From contig CAZRPB010000001.1 in the NCBI GenBank assembly GCA_964601955.1, forward strand, positions 113 through 64,112: a DNA stretch of 64,000 bases. The letters run 5' to 3'. The notes beneath the pieces were generated by a model. That model made no database searches. It was not told the DNA's origin and saw only the letters and a program-made list of their open reading frames with translations. Source of the DNA: an uncultured Klebsiella sp. GTDB taxonomy: Bacteria > Verrucomicrobiota > Verrucomicrobiia > Opitutales > UBA953. Positions 45,311 to 55,070 of the stretch are shown piece by piece (positions within the stretch are counted from its first letter, which is position 1; every line of letters starts with the position of its first letter). The position numbers and the translations under genes are program-made.

Positions 45311-46591
45311 ATGGCCGAAATCATAGACATGCCCAAGCTCTCCGACACGATGTCGGTGGGCACGCTCGTGAAATGGAACGTGAAGGAGGGCCAGGAGGTC
45401 GCCTTCGGCGACATCCTCGGCGAGGTCGAGACGGACAAGGCGACGATGGAGCTCTCCTGCACGGTCCCCGGCACGGTGCTCAAGATCTACGCCGCGGCCG
45501 GCGCGCAGCTGCCGGTCGGTGCGCCGATCCTGGCGGTCGGCAAGAAAGGCGAGAAGGCTCCCGAGCCTGGCGCGCCCGCCCCCAAGGAGGCCCCGAAGGC
45601 CGCCGCGCCGCCCATCCCTGAGACGACCGGCATCGCCTGCGTGCCTCCGGCCCCGGCGGGCGGTTCGGCCCCGGTGCGCACCGCCTCCGACGGCTCGCGC
45701 GCCAAGGTCTCCCCTTACGCCCGGCGCATGGCCGAGAAGGCCGCGCTCAACGCCGCATCGCTCTCCGGCACCGGCCCGGGAGGACGCGTCGTGGCCCGCG
45801 ACGTCAGCGCGGCCGCCGCGCTGCCCGCCGCGCCTTCGGGACCGGTCAACGTGACGGTGCCTCCGCCTTCCGACGGCAAGGGCGTGCAGCCCGACGGCGA
45901 CCTCGCGGTCGGCGGCATGCGCCAGACGATCGCCCGCCGACTGCTCGAGTCCAAGGTGACGGTGCCGCACTTCTACCTCGAGGTGGAGGTCGACGCCGCC
46001 CCGCTCATGGCGATGCGCGAGTCGATCAACCGCCGGCTGGCCGAGGCGGAAGGCAAGGACGCCCTCAAGCTCTCGGTCAACGACTTCATCCTGAAGGCCT
46101 CCGCGGAGGCGCTCCGCCAGGTGCCCGCGGTCAACTGCTCCTGGGCGGGCACCAGCATCCGCCAGCACGGCGCGGTGCACCTGTCCTTCGGGGTGGCCCT
46201 CGACGACGGACTGGTGACGCCGGTCATCCGCGACGCGCACGCGAAGTCGCTGCGCGAGATCGCCACGGACGCCAAGGCGCTCATCGGCAAGGCCCGCTCC
46301 AAGAAGCTCACGCCCGCCGAGATGTCAGGCTCCACCTTCACGGTCACGAACCTCGGCATGTACGGGGTCTCGGGATTCTTCGGCATCATCAACGTCCCCA
46401 ACGCCGCGATCCTCTCGGTCGGCGCCACGCTCAAGAAGCCGGTGGTCGACGCGCATGACCGCATCGTCGTGGGCCAGCGCATGACTCTCGGTCTCTCGGG
46501 CGATCACCGCGTGATCGACGGGGCAGTGGCCGCCCAGTTCCTCCAGGCGCTCAAGAAGTCGCTGGAGGAGCCGACGGCGATGCTGATCTGA
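45311..46591 (+). CDS. dihydrolipoamide acetyltransferase (E2)
   Basis: Lipoyl-lysine ETDKATME, a subunit-binding domain (SPYARRMA) and catalytic SGDHRVIDG are present. Confidence 0.92.
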   Translation: MAEIIDMPKLSDTMSVGTLVKWNVKEGQEVAFGDILGEVETDKATMELSCTVPGTVLKIYAAAGAQLPVGAPILAVGKKGEKAPEPGAPAPKEAPKAAAPPIPETTGIACVPPAPAGGSAPVRTASDGSRAKVSPYARRMAEKAALNAASLSGTGPGGRVVARDVSAAAALPAAPSGPVNVTVPPPSDGKGVQPDGDLAVGGMRQTIARRLLESKVTVPHFYLEVEVDAAPLMAMRESINRRLAEAEGKDALKLSVNDFILKASAEALRQVPAVNCSWAGTSIRQHGAVHLSFGVALDDGLVTPVIRDAHAKSLREIATDAKALIGKARSKKLTPAEMSGSTFTVTNLGMYGVSGFFGIINVPNAAILSVGATLKKPVVDAHDRIVVGQRMTLGLSGDHRVIDGAVAAQFLQALKKSLEEPTAMLI

Positions 46592-46600
46592 CGGCCGCGC

Positions 46601-47299
46601 TCAGGCGAAGGTGCGCACCGAGGACAGGCCTCCGTCCGGACGGAGGACCTGGCCGGTCATGAACGCGGAACCGGGGCCGAGCAGCCAGGCGGCGAGTTCG
46701 GCGACCTGGTCGGGGGTGCCGACGCGCTGCAGGGGATGACGCCTGGCGGCGGCCTCGCGCTTGGCGTCCGCGTTCAGCAGCGGCGCGGCGAGCGGGGTGT
46801 CGGTGAGTCCGGGCGCGACCAGGTTCACGCGCACGGCCGGAGCCCACTCGGCGGCGAGGCTGCGGGCGAGACCCTCGAGGGCGCCCTTGGCGGCGGCGAT
46901 GCCCGAATGCATCGGCATGCCCTGCGCGACGGCGACGGTGGAGAAGAGCACGACCGAGGCGGAGCCGGCGGCCTTCAGCGCGGGCAGCGCGGAGCGCAAC
47001 GCCTCGACGGCGCCGAAGAAGTTCACCTGCAGGTCGCGGCGGAAGTCCTCGTCGGTCATGCGGTGGAAGGGCTTCAGGGCGATGGTGCCCGGGAAGTAGG
47101 CGAGTCCGTCCAGGCGCTCGGGCCATGCGAGTCCGGCCGGCGAAGTCGCGTCAAAGGGACGCACGCTGGCGGAAAGCGCCCCGGCCTCGCCGGGATTGCG
47201 CGCGGCGAGATGCACGCGGTGTCCGTCCCGGGCGAGGAGGCGGACGACCGAGAGTCCGATTCCGGTGTTTCCTCCGATGACGGCGATGTCGAGCGGCAT
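46601..47299 (-). CDS. SDR-family oxidoreductase (non-canonical catalytic tetrad)
   Basis: A Rossmann GGNTGIG and RVNLVAPG are present. By eye, the usual YxxxK reads IAAAK, so the Tyr position appears to be Ile. Confidence 0.7.
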   Translation of the reverse strand: MPLDIAVIGGNTGIGLSVVRLLARDGHRVHLAARNPGEAGALSASVRPFDATSPAGLAWPERLDGLAYFPGTIALKPFHRMTDEDFRRDLQVNFFGAVEALRSALPALKAAGSASVVLFSTVAVAQGMPMHSGIAAAKGALEGLARSLAAEWAPAVRVNLVAPGLTDTPLAAPLLNADAKREAAARRHPLQRVGTPDQVAELAAWLLGPGSAFMTGQVLRPDGGLSSVRTFA

Positions 47300-47360
47300 G
47301 CGGTCAAGGTCTGGGAGGCGGAGCGGCGGTCAAACCGCCGGCCGCTTTTGGGATCCAGGC

Positions 47361-47388
47361 AAAGAAAAGGGCCGGCATGGGCCGGCCC
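47361..47388 (-). terminator. rho-independent terminator after ThuA-like gene
   Basis: On the minus strand, GGGCCGGC-CCAT-GCCGGCCC is followed by TTTTCTTT. Confidence 0.55.
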
Positions 47389-47411
47389 GTCGGGGAGGGA
47401 CTTTCAGTCCC

Positions 47412-48377
47412 TCACTTCTTCTTCGGAGCCTTGCGCGGAGGCTTGGGGTCGAGGTTGGCGTTGAGCTCGGCCTCGGTGAACCGGGACGTGACTCCCTGCG
47501 ACGGCACCTGCGCCTTGGCGGTCCAGACGATCGCGTTCAGCACGAGGGTGCGCTGGCTGTCGTTGGCCCAGCCGCGGTGGAAATGGCCGCCGGTGAAGCC
47601 GAAGCCGCGTCCGCCGTCCTTGCGCTGCACGGCCCAGGCGACGACCTGCGGCTTCTTCTCCTCGAGGACGAGACGCTTCACGTCGGGGTTGCCGGCGTGC
47701 GGGCCTTCGCCGCGGTTCATCGTCTCGGCGGGGGCGACCGCGGAGAGGATGGGGGTCACGCCCTCCATGCCGTCGCGGAAACGCATGTTGAAGTACCACT
47801 CGTCGTTGGAACCGAAGGGCTTCACGCCCGCGCTCACGGGATGGTCGGGCAGGGAACGGAAGTCAGCGGTCCAATGGGGGTTCACGGACCAGTGCTGCTC
47901 GAAGTAGCCGCCGAGCCACTCCTTGAACTCCTTGGCGCCCTTGCCCGTGGAGGAACGTCCGGCGGGGGGCGGGCTGACGGGCTTGCCGTCGACGCTCAGC
48001 CAGCCGGCGCGCTCATAGGCGGGCTCGACCGCGTAATGCAGGCAGACGAAGCCCGTGCCGGCGGCCATCTTCTTCTCGAGCTCGTCGAGATGGGGCAGCG
48101 CGGGGTGTCCGCCGCCGCCGTCGGAGTAGATGACGATGGTGTCGGCCTTGGCGACGCGCTCAGGCGACGGCCACTGGCCGCCGAGGGAGACGTCGACCTC
48201 GACGAGGTCGGCCGCGCCCTGCTTCAGGCCGGCGGCGAGGAGCTGGATGCCGGCGTTGTGCTCGTGCTCGCCGGGCGCGTGGCTCGGGCGGCCGGCGATC
48301 ATGAGGACGTTCTTCTTCTCGGCGGCGCCGAGGGAGGCGGCGGCGAGCAGGACGGCGAGGAGGGCGCGGGGCTTCAT
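47412..48377 (-). CDS. ThuA-domain protein (secreted)
   Basis: A signal peptide is followed by a ThuA-like pattern (VLMIAGRPSHAPGEHEH, FVCLHYA, FTGGHFH). Confidence 0.65.
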   Translation of the reverse strand: MKPRALLAVLLAAASLGAAEKKNVLMIAGRPSHAPGEHEHNAGIQLLAAGLKQGAADLVEVDVSLGGQWPSPERVAKADTIVIYSDGGGGHPALPHLDELEKKMAAGTGFVCLHYAVEPAYERAGWLSVDGKPVSPPPAGRSSTGKGAKEFKEWLGGYFEQHWSVNPHWTADFRSLPDHPVSAGVKPFGSNDEWYFNMRFRDGMEGVTPILSAVAPAETMNRGEGPHAGNPDVKRLVLEEKKPQVVAWAVQRKDGGRGFGFTGGHFHRGWANDSQRTLVLNAIVWTAKAQVPSQGVTSRFTEAELNANLDPKPPRKAPKKK

Positions 48378-48388
48378 GGAGGAAAGGG

Positions 48389-49078
48389 TCAGTCCTGCAG
48401 GACGACGTCCTTGATCTGCACCAGCATGGGAGGGCCGGCGTGCAGCTGGAAGGCGAGCACGCCCTCCTTGGCGCCGACGGCGGTGGTGTCGGTGACGTCG
48501 ACGGTCTGGCGGCCGTTGATGAAGTGCTGCAGGCGGCCGCCCTTGGCGACCACGCGGTACTCGTTCCAGTCCTCGTTCCTGATCACGGCCTGGATCTCGT
48601 CGGACTTCCCGAGCGACCCCTCGACGGCGATCTTCGGCTTCTTGGGATCGGCGCCCTCGGAGACGGTCACCTTCTCGCCGCGCTTGGCGAGGATGCCCCT
48701 GCCCTTCTCCTCATAGAGGATGCCCGAGTAGGTCCTGCCCGCCTCGAAGTCGCCCTGGTAGCCGGCGACGACGAAGCCCTTCTCGTCGACGAGCTTGCTG
48801 CGGTACTGGACGCCGGAATTGCCGCCGACGATGCGGTAACGGAAGGTCAGCTCGAAGTCTGAGACCGTGCCGCCCTGCCAGACGATGAAGGTGTTGCCCT
48901 TGGTGGGCTTCTCCTTGGTGGTGCGGCCGGTGATGGCGCCGTCCTCGACGGTCCAGAAGTCGAGGCCCTTCCAGCCGGTCAGGTCCTTGCCGTTGAAGAG
49001 CTGCCGTTGCGTGCCGGCGGAGAGCGCGGCGGAGGACAGGAGGGCGGTGAGAATGGCGAAGCGCATGGGAAAGGTCAC
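48389..49078 (-). CDS. DUF1080 (3-keto-disaccharide hydrolase family) protein
   Basis: A signal peptide plus FNGKDLTGWKG, WTVEDGAITG, GNSGVQYRS and LAFQLH are present. Confidence 0.75.
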   Translation of the reverse strand: MTFPMRFAILTALLSSAALSAGTQRQLFNGKDLTGWKGLDFWTVEDGAITGRTTKEKPTKGNTFIVWQGGTVSDFELTFRYRIVGGNSGVQYRSKLVDEKGFVVAGYQGDFEAGRTYSGILYEEKGRGILAKRGEKVTVSEGADPKKPKIAVEGSLGKSDEIQAVIRNEDWNEYRVVAKGGRLQHFINGRQTVDVTDTTAVGAKEGVLAFQLHAGPPMLVQIKDVVLQD

Positions 49079-49986
49079 TTCTTGGAACCGAAGAAGCGGC
49101 GCAGGTTCTTCAGGCCCTTCACGGCGATGTCGTCGCGGCGGGGCTCCATGGCGCGCCAGATGGCGGCGGCGCGGGCGATGACCTTCACGTCGGTGGTGAA
49201 GGACTCGATCACGACCTCCTTCTTGTAGCCGATCTTCTTCAGGGCGGCCACGATGGGCTTCCAGTCGAGGGAGTCGTTGCCCGGGGTGCCGCGGTCGGTG
49301 CCGCAGGCGTGGAAGTGTCCGAGATGCTTGCCGGCACGGAGGATGGCGGCGGCCTGGTTCTTCTCCTCGATGTTCATGTGGAACGTGTCGAGGTGGAGCT
49401 TCACGGCCGGGGAGTTGACGGCCTTGACGAGGCGCAGGCCCTGGTCGCAGGTGTTGAGGAAGTCGGTCTCGAAGCGGTTCAGCGGCTCGACGTCGAGCTC
49501 GATGCCCTTCTTCTGGGCGTACTTGCCGATGACCTTGAGGTTCTTGACGACCAGCTTGAAGTGCTTCGCCTTGGTCCTGTCGTCATGGGCGCCGATGAGG
49601 CCGACGACGGAATAGAGCGGCCCGATGATGCGCGGGCAGCCGGCGACGGCGGCCTGGTCGATCAGCGCCATGATGTACTTGCGTCCGGCGGCCTGGTCCT
49701 TGGCGGAGCCGCGGAGGTCGCGTCCGGGGCCCATGCACGCGCAGATGGAGCCGATGGCGATGCCAGCCCTGGCGGCGGCGGCCTTGAGCACCCGGGGGTC
49801 GGTGTGGGAGGGGTCCTCGATCGGGATTTCGACGGAGTCGAAGCCCCAGTTCTTCAGCTTCCTGAAGAGATGGACGCTGTCGTTGGTGAACGGCGAGGCG
49901 TAGAGGAAGGTGTTGAGTCCGAAGCGCATGGTGGGATGGGGATGTTTGGGGAAGGGCATCCTTGGCATGGGCGGGCCGTGGGTCAA
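49075..49986 (-). CDS. sugar phosphate isomerase/epimerase (xylose isomerase-like TIM barrel)
   Basis: MRFGLNTFLY.., GFDSVEI and HFHACGTDRG are present. The likely start is ATG 49929. The stop overlaps the DUF1080 start. Confidence 0.7.
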   Translation of the reverse strand: MTHGPPMPRMPFPKHPHPTMRFGLNTFLYASPFTNDSVHLFRKLKNWGFDSVEIPIEDPSHTDPRVLKAAAARAGIAIGSICACMGPGRDLRGSAKDQAAGRKYIMALIDQAAVAGCPRIIGPLYSVVGLIGAHDDRTKAKHFKLVVKNLKVIGKYAQKKGIELDVEPLNRFETDFLNTCDQGLRLVKAVNSPAVKLHLDTFHMNIEEKNQAAAILRAGKHLGHFHACGTDRGTPGNDSLDWKPIVAALKKIGYKKEVVIESFTTDVKVIARAAAIWRAMEPRRDDIAVKGLKNLRRFFGSKK

Positions 49987-50001
49987 GGACGGGAGGACGC
50001 C

Positions 50002-51282
50002 TCAGGGCAGCAGCTCGCCGATGAGCAGGATGGCGCCGGGGAAGGCGTGATGGTCGGCGAACCGCGCGGGGTCGTCGATCTTCTGCTTCCGTTGTGCGAG
50101 GACGGCGGCCTTGTCGACTTTCTCATCGGTGAGCTCGACGGTGACGACGTGCTCGCGGTCCTCGAGGTCCGTGCCGACGGTGAACACGCTCAGGCGGGGG
50201 TAGGTGCAGTAGGAGTCGAAGCGCGCCACGGTCCGGGGCGCCCCTCCGTCGAGGGTCACGCGCACCTTGCCGCCGGCGGGACCGACGACGTCGTAGATCG
50301 CCGCATGGGTGCCGCGGAAACGGAAGGTGAAGGACTGCCCGGCCCGGGTGAGCGGGACCATCTGGGGCAGACGCCTGACGAAGGCCTTGGCCAGCGGATG
50401 CGCGGCGGGGTCGGCCGGAGCGACGCCCTCGGAGAACTTGGCTCGGCCGACGGGCTCGAGACGCGCGCGCTCGAAGTTGTCGGCGGCGAGGGGCGCGGGC
50501 AGGACGTGCGGCGCGGAAGGACCGGAGGCCTTGGCGACGAGCGGCAGGGATCGCACGACGGCCTGCAGGTACAGTTCGTGCCCGGTGGACTCGTGCGGAT
50601 GCACGCCGTCCGGCGCGAAGACGAACTTGTCGCCCAGCGCGGCGCGGTCGGCCTCGGTCTTCGGCAGCGGCGAACGCCACAGCAGCCGGCCCTCCTTGGC
50701 CAGCCGCGCCACTTCGAGGCCCAGGTGCACGGTGGGCACGCCGTAATGGTCGGCGACCTTCTCCATGGCGCCGGCGGAGCGCTGGAAGTGGCCCTCGAGC
50801 AGGGCGGGCACGAGCGCCTCGGTGACGGTGTAGACGAAACAGATGTCGGTACGCGGGTCGGCACGGCGGATCTGCCGGACGATGCCCTCCATGCAGCGGA
50901 CGATGCGGGCGGGGTCCGCGCCGCCGTCGTTCACGGCGAACTCGACGAAGACGAGGTCGGGCTTGCCGGAGAGCACGTCCTGCGCGAGCCGGAAGACGCC
51001 GAGGTCGGAGCCGGTGCCGCCGATGGCCGCGTTGATCTCGGTGAACGTGACCCCGGGATGGGCCTTGCGGAAATGGGCGAGGGTCTTCACGCGCCAGCCG
51101 TTCTGCGCGGTGATCGAGCCGCCGAGGTAGGCGACGCGCACCTCCGCACCCGGCGTCGCGGCCTTCGCCAGGAAATTGGGCAGGCCCGCGCGCGGACGGC
51201 ATTCGACCGCGGGCACGGGCGGGAATTCGGCGGCGGGGGCGGCCAGGGCCAGGACGGCCGCCAGGAGCAGCAGGGGTCTCAT
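50002..51282 (-). CDS. SGNH/GDSL-family hydrolase with C-terminal beta domain
   Basis: A signal peptide, block I YLGGSITAQNGW, block III FAVNDG and block V DGVHP are present. Confidence 0.7.
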   Translation of the reverse strand: MRPLLLLAAVLALAAPAAEFPPVPAVECRPRAGLPNFLAKAATPGAEVRVAYLGGSITAQNGWRVKTLAHFRKAHPGVTFTEINAAIGGTGSDLGVFRLAQDVLSGKPDLVFVEFAVNDGGADPARIVRCMEGIVRQIRRADPRTDICFVYTVTEALVPALLEGHFQRSAGAMEKVADHYGVPTVHLGLEVARLAKEGRLLWRSPLPKTEADRAALGDKFVFAPDGVHPHESTGHELYLQAVVRSLPLVAKASGPSAPHVLPAPLAADNFERARLEPVGRAKFSEGVAPADPAAHPLAKAFVRRLPQMVPLTRAGQSFTFRFRGTHAAIYDVVGPAGGKVRVTLDGGAPRTVARFDSYCTYPRLSVFTVGTDLEDREHVVTVELTDEKVDKAAVLAQRKQKIDDPARFADHHAFPGAILLIGELLP

Positions 51283-51362
51283 GAGATTAAGGCAGTCAAT
51301 CGCAGGGACATGCGGCAGGCAGTCAAAAAGTCGCTTCCAACGCCGATGGCCGCGGGTATCGT

Positions 51363-52397
51363 ATGAAGCCGATGGATCCGCTCACCCATGCCGTGCTAGG
51401 CATCTCCGCCGGCATCGCGCTCCGACCGAAGTCGGTCCCCCTGGCCGCGGCGGCCACGGCGGGCATGCTCGCGGGCATGGCCCCCGACCTCGACGTCTTC
51501 ATCCGGTCGCCGGGGGATCCGCTGGTCTCCTTCCGCTGGCACCGCCACTTCACGCACAGCTTCGCTTTCACGCCGGTCATCGCGACCCTGACGGCCTTCT
51601 TCACCGCATGGTGGTTCCGCAGGCGGGAGGGCGTCGGCTGGAAGGCGCTCTGGCTGCCGGCGCTGGCCGGGGTGTTCACGCACATCCTGTGCGACGCCTG
51701 CACCAGCTACGGCACGATGCTCCTCTGGCCCTTCGACCCGGCGCGCATCGCCTGGGACTGCCTCCCGATCGTCGACGTGGCCTGCACGCTCCCGGTCCTC
51801 GGCCTCGCGGTCACGGCCTGGGCGCGCGACTCCCGCCGGGCGGCGGCCTGGGCGCTCGCCTGGTTCACGGCCTACGCGGGAGCGGGCGTGCTCCAGCATG
51901 AACGGGCCGAGGATTCGGTCCGCGAATGGCTCGACGGACGGGGCGTCAAGGCCGAGCGGCTCGCGGTGAAGCCCACTTTCTCCAACCTGCTCGTCTGGCG
52001 CGCGGTCTGGCTGCACGCGGGACGCTGGGAAGCCGCGGGCGTGCGGGTGGTCCCCTTCGCCCGGGCGCAGATCGCGCCGGGCGGCACCAAGCAGGCCTAC
52101 TCGCCCACCGGCCCGGACGCGCCGCCCAAAGGCTCGCGCGGCGCCGTGATGATCGCGGAGTTCTCGGAGTTCACCGGCGGCTGGAACTGCCTGGACCGGC
52201 GCGACGGCGAGATCTTCGTCGGCGACATCCGCTTCGCGACGCTGCCCACGTCGATCCGTCCGCTGTGGTCGGTGCGCACGCCGCCGGACGGCTCCGCTGG
52301 CGACGTGTTCTTCGACCGGCGCATCGAGGACGGGGACTGGGACCGGTTCGGCTCGCTGCTCACGGGCTCCGACCCGCGCTACTTCCACCACCGCTGA
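51363..52397 (+). CDS. YdjM/DUF457-like membrane-bound metal-dependent hydrolase with C-terminal extension
   Basis: MDPLTHAVLG, HRHFTHS and HILCDACTSYGTMLLWPF are present. Confidence 0.6.
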   Translation: MKPMDPLTHAVLGISAGIALRPKSVPLAAAATAGMLAGMAPDLDVFIRSPGDPLVSFRWHRHFTHSFAFTPVIATLTAFFTAWWFRRREGVGWKALWLPALAGVFTHILCDACTSYGTMLLWPFDPARIAWDCLPIVDVACTLPVLGLAVTAWARDSRRAAAWALAWFTAYAGAGVLQHERAEDSVREWLDGRGVKAERLAVKPTFSNLLVWRAVWLHAGRWEAAGVRVVPFARAQIAPGGTKQAYSPTGPDAPPKGSRGAVMIAEFSEFTGGWNCLDRRDGEIFVGDIRFATLPTSIRPLWSVRTPPDGSAGDVFFDRRIEDGDWDRFGSLLTGSDPRYFHHR

Positions 52398-52449
52398 GGA
52401 CGCGAAGAATAGGCTTCCCTGCGGGTTGCGGGTGAGGGAACCTCGGGCC

Positions 52450-53349
52450 ATGGACGACGAGCGGAGCACGGGCGCGGTCGGCCGCGTGTTCACGCACGCG
52501 GGCCTGCTGCTGCTCCGGCTGGTCAGCCTGCTGCCCTGGTCGTGGCAGCGCCGGCTGGCCGGACTCGCCGGCTGGACGGCGTTCCACCTCGTCCCGGTGC
52601 GACGTCACGTGGTGCTGACCAACCTGCGGATCTGCTTCCCGGAACTGACGGAGCAGGAGCGGCGACGGATCGGCCGCAGGCACTACCGGTCGCTGATGCT
52701 CGGCGGCCTCGAGGTCGCGCGCTGCTGGTGGCGCCGGCCCGAGGAGCTGCCCCCCTTCAGGATCGAAGGCCTCGAGGCCCTTGAGCGAGCGAGGGCGCTC
52801 GGCCGGGGGGTCATCGTGGTGTCCGGCCATTTCACGACGCTGGAGATCTCCGGACGGATGCTCGCGCTGAAGACCAGGCTCTGCTGCCTCTACCGCGACC
52901 CCAACAATCCCGTCATCGCCGACGTGCTGCGGCTTCACCGCACGGCATGGGCCGCGCGCGCGATCGAGATGCGTGACATGGCGGGACTGCTGCGCGCGCT
53001 CCGGGACGGAGAGGCGGTGTGGTATGCGCCGGACCAGGCCAAATGGACGCCGCAGTCGGTGCGTGTCCCCTTCTTCGGCCGGCCCGCCATCACCAACACG
53101 GCCACGGCCAAGCTCGCGCAGATGTCAGGCGCGGCGGTGATGACGTTCTTCCCGGTCCGCCAGGAGGACGGCAGCTATGCGCTCAGGCTCGAAGGACCCC
53201 TGGAAGGATTCCCTTCGGGCGACGCGGAGGCCGACACGCGCAGGCTGACGGGCCTGCTCGAGGACGCGGTGAGGGCTGCGCCGGACCAGTACCTGTGGGT
53301 CCACCGTCGGTTCAAGGGCCACCGCGGGCTGCCCGTGAACCCCTACTGA
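52450..53349 (+). CDS. lipid A biosynthesis (LpxL/HtrB-type) lysophospholipid acyltransferase
   Basis: A hydrophobic N-terminal anchor, an HX4D-like block (SGHFTTLEI) and DQYLWVHRRFK at the C-terminus are present. Confidence 0.7.
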   Translation: MDDERSTGAVGRVFTHAGLLLLRLVSLLPWSWQRRLAGLAGWTAFHLVPVRRHVVLTNLRICFPELTEQERRRIGRRHYRSLMLGGLEVARCWWRRPEELPPFRIEGLEALERARALGRGVIVVSGHFTTLEISGRMLALKTRLCCLYRDPNNPVIADVLRLHRTAWAARAIEMRDMAGLLRALRDGEAVWYAPDQAKWTPQSVRVPFFGRPAITNTATAKLAQMSGAAVMTFFPVRQEDGSYALRLEGPLEGFPSGDAEADTRRLTGLLEDAVRAAPDQYLWVHRRFKGHRGLPVNPY

Positions 53350-54380
53350 CCTGCGCCCCGCGCCAGGAGCGCGCTGAGCGCGGCGACGTGCGCCTCCGGC
53401 CCGTAACGGGTGAGCGCCGCGGCCCTGCCCCTCTCGGCCTGGCCGCGGCGCGTCGCGTCATCATCGAGCAGGCCGCGGACCGCGCGGGCGAGGCCGGCGA
53501 CGTCCCCGGAGGGCACGGAGACCCCTGCGCCTCCCGCGAGAATCTCCCGCAGGCCGCCCACGGCGAAGGCCGCCACGGGCACGCCGCACGCCATCGCCTC
53601 CACGGCCGCGAGGCCGAAGGGCTCGTCGCGCGAGGGCACGACGACGACGGTCGCATGCGGAAGCAGGACGGGCAGGTCGTCCCTCTGGCCGAGGGCGCGC
53701 ACGCCCTCCATGGGAAGTCCGGCGGGAAGCTCGCCGCCGCCGATGACCGCCAGCACGGCGTCGGGACGCGACCTCCGGACTTCGGCGAAGGCGCGCACGG
53801 CGAGGTCCTGTCCCTTGCGCCGGGAGATGAGCCCCACGACGGCCACGACCGGCGCCGACGGGGCCGCGCCCAGGGCCTCGCGCAAGGGATCCGTCCCGGC
53901 GGAGGCCGGACGGAACTGCGCGGGATCGACGAAGTTGGGCAGGACCTCGACCGGCACGGACCAGTTCCACGGCACGGCGCGCTGCCTGGCCGCGGTGTCA
54001 CGCGAGACGGCGATGAGCAGGTCATGCAGTCCGGTGTGCGGCTGCGGATGGTTGGCGTGGAGGTGCGCGACGCTCGGCACGCCGTGCCGCGCGCGCAGCA
54101 GGGCCGCGAAGTTCCCGGCGCGGGTGAGATGCGAATGCACGACGTCGACGCCCTCGGTCCGGCAGACGGCCGCGACGCGGTCGGCCTCGCGCAGGGGCCA
54201 GCGGGAGAAGTCCGTGCGCAGCAGCGGGACCTCGGCGCCCACGGCCGACTCGATCCATGATCCGGGCTCGCAGGCGAGGATGACGTGATGGCCGGCCGAG
54301 CGGAGGAGGGGCGCGATCCGGCGGGCGTAGACGACGGCCCCGTTGACGCCGCGGTTGGAGGAGGCGACGAGGATCCGCAT
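53343..54380 (-). CDS. glycosyltransferase family 4 (GT-B)
   Basis: MRILVASSN.., the EX7E region (PSRDEPFGLAAVEAMACGVPV). Confidence 0.8.
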   Translation of the reverse strand: MRILVASSNRGVNGAVVYARRIAPLLRSAGHHVILACEPGSWIESAVGAEVPLLRTDFSRWPLREADRVAAVCRTEGVDVVHSHLTRAGNFAALLRARHGVPSVAHLHANHPQPHTGLHDLLIAVSRDTAARQRAVPWNWSVPVEVLPNFVDPAQFRPASAGTDPLREALGAAPSAPVVAVVGLISRRKGQDLAVRAFAEVRRSRPDAVLAVIGGGELPAGLPMEGVRALGQRDDLPVLLPHATVVVVPSRDEPFGLAAVEAMACGVPVAAFAVGGLREILAGGAGVSVPSGDVAGLARAVRGLLDDDATRRGQAERGRAAALTRYGPEAHVAALSALLARGAGQ

Positions 54381-54384
54381 GCGG

Positions 54385-55023
54385 TCAGCGGAGCTCGAAG
54401 CGGTAGGCGGCCAGGGCCTCGGAAGGCTCGGCGACGCCGTCGCGGCGGGCCGGCGTGAAGCGCGAGGCGCGCGCGGCCGCCAGCGCCGCCTCGTCGAGCA
54501 GCGCGCTGCCGGAGGATTCGTGCACGGCGAGGGCGGTCACCTCGCCCGAAGCCGAGAGGAGGACCTTCACGACGACGCGACCCTCGGAGCCGGCGCGACG
54601 GGCGCGCGACGGGTAGGATGGCTCCTCGCGGACGAGGAAGGCCGGCGGCTCGAGCACGGGCGGACGGGGCGCCGGAGCCGAGGGAGCCTCCGTGACGACG
54701 GGCGCGGGCGACGATGCGACGGGCGCGCGCTCCACGGGCGCGCCGGTCAGGCTGGCCGCCGGCGCGCTCGGCGCGGAGACCGCGACGACGGGATCGGCCG
54801 GCGGCGGGGTCGACGCGCCGGCGCCGGCCTCGGTTCCGGCCGGAGCCTCGCCCGCCGGCGCGAGCGGCTCCGGCTCCGTGACGGAGACGACGAGAAGCAG
54901 GCCGCCCTCACGGACGGGCTCGGTGAGCGAGGCGGGAGCGCCGCCCACCACGGCCGCCGCGGCGGCCAGGTGCGCGGCCGCGACGACGGACCAGGTCACG
55001 GCATGACGACGGGCGGCTTCCAC
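54385..55023 (-). CDS. TonB-family protein
   Basis: A TM anchor and a Pro/Ala-rich spacer are followed by a TonB C-terminal domain ([26 protein letters not shown]). Confidence 0.7.
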   Translation of the reverse strand: MEAARRHAVTWSVVAAAHLAAAAAVVGGAPASLTEPVREGGLLLVVSVTEPEPLAPAGEAPAGTEAGAGASTPPPADPVVAVSAPSAPAASLTGAPVERAPVASSPAPVVTEAPSAPAPRPPVLEPPAFLVREEPSYPSRARRAGSEGRVVVKVLLSASGEVTALAVHESSGSALLDEAALAAARASRFTPARRDGVAEPSEALAAYRFELR

Positions 55024-55070
55024 GGGCGGAGGGTCGGGCTAGGCCGGAGGACAGTCAAGTGCGGGCCGGG

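Noticed and set aside
51283-51362. Looked for a GAAC-N4-GTTC box upstream of the ydjM-like gene (LexA-regulated in E. coli).
   Set aside because: No such palindrome is present in the 80-nt spacer.
49309-51366. 685-aa plus-strand ORF across the TIM-barrel and SGNH hydrolase genes. Similar cases are 60769-62844 (691 aa), 8557-10155, 13451-14971 and 16778-18442.
   Set aside because: Same reasoning as above. They are antisense to well-supported genes, low-complexity in composition and have no motifs.
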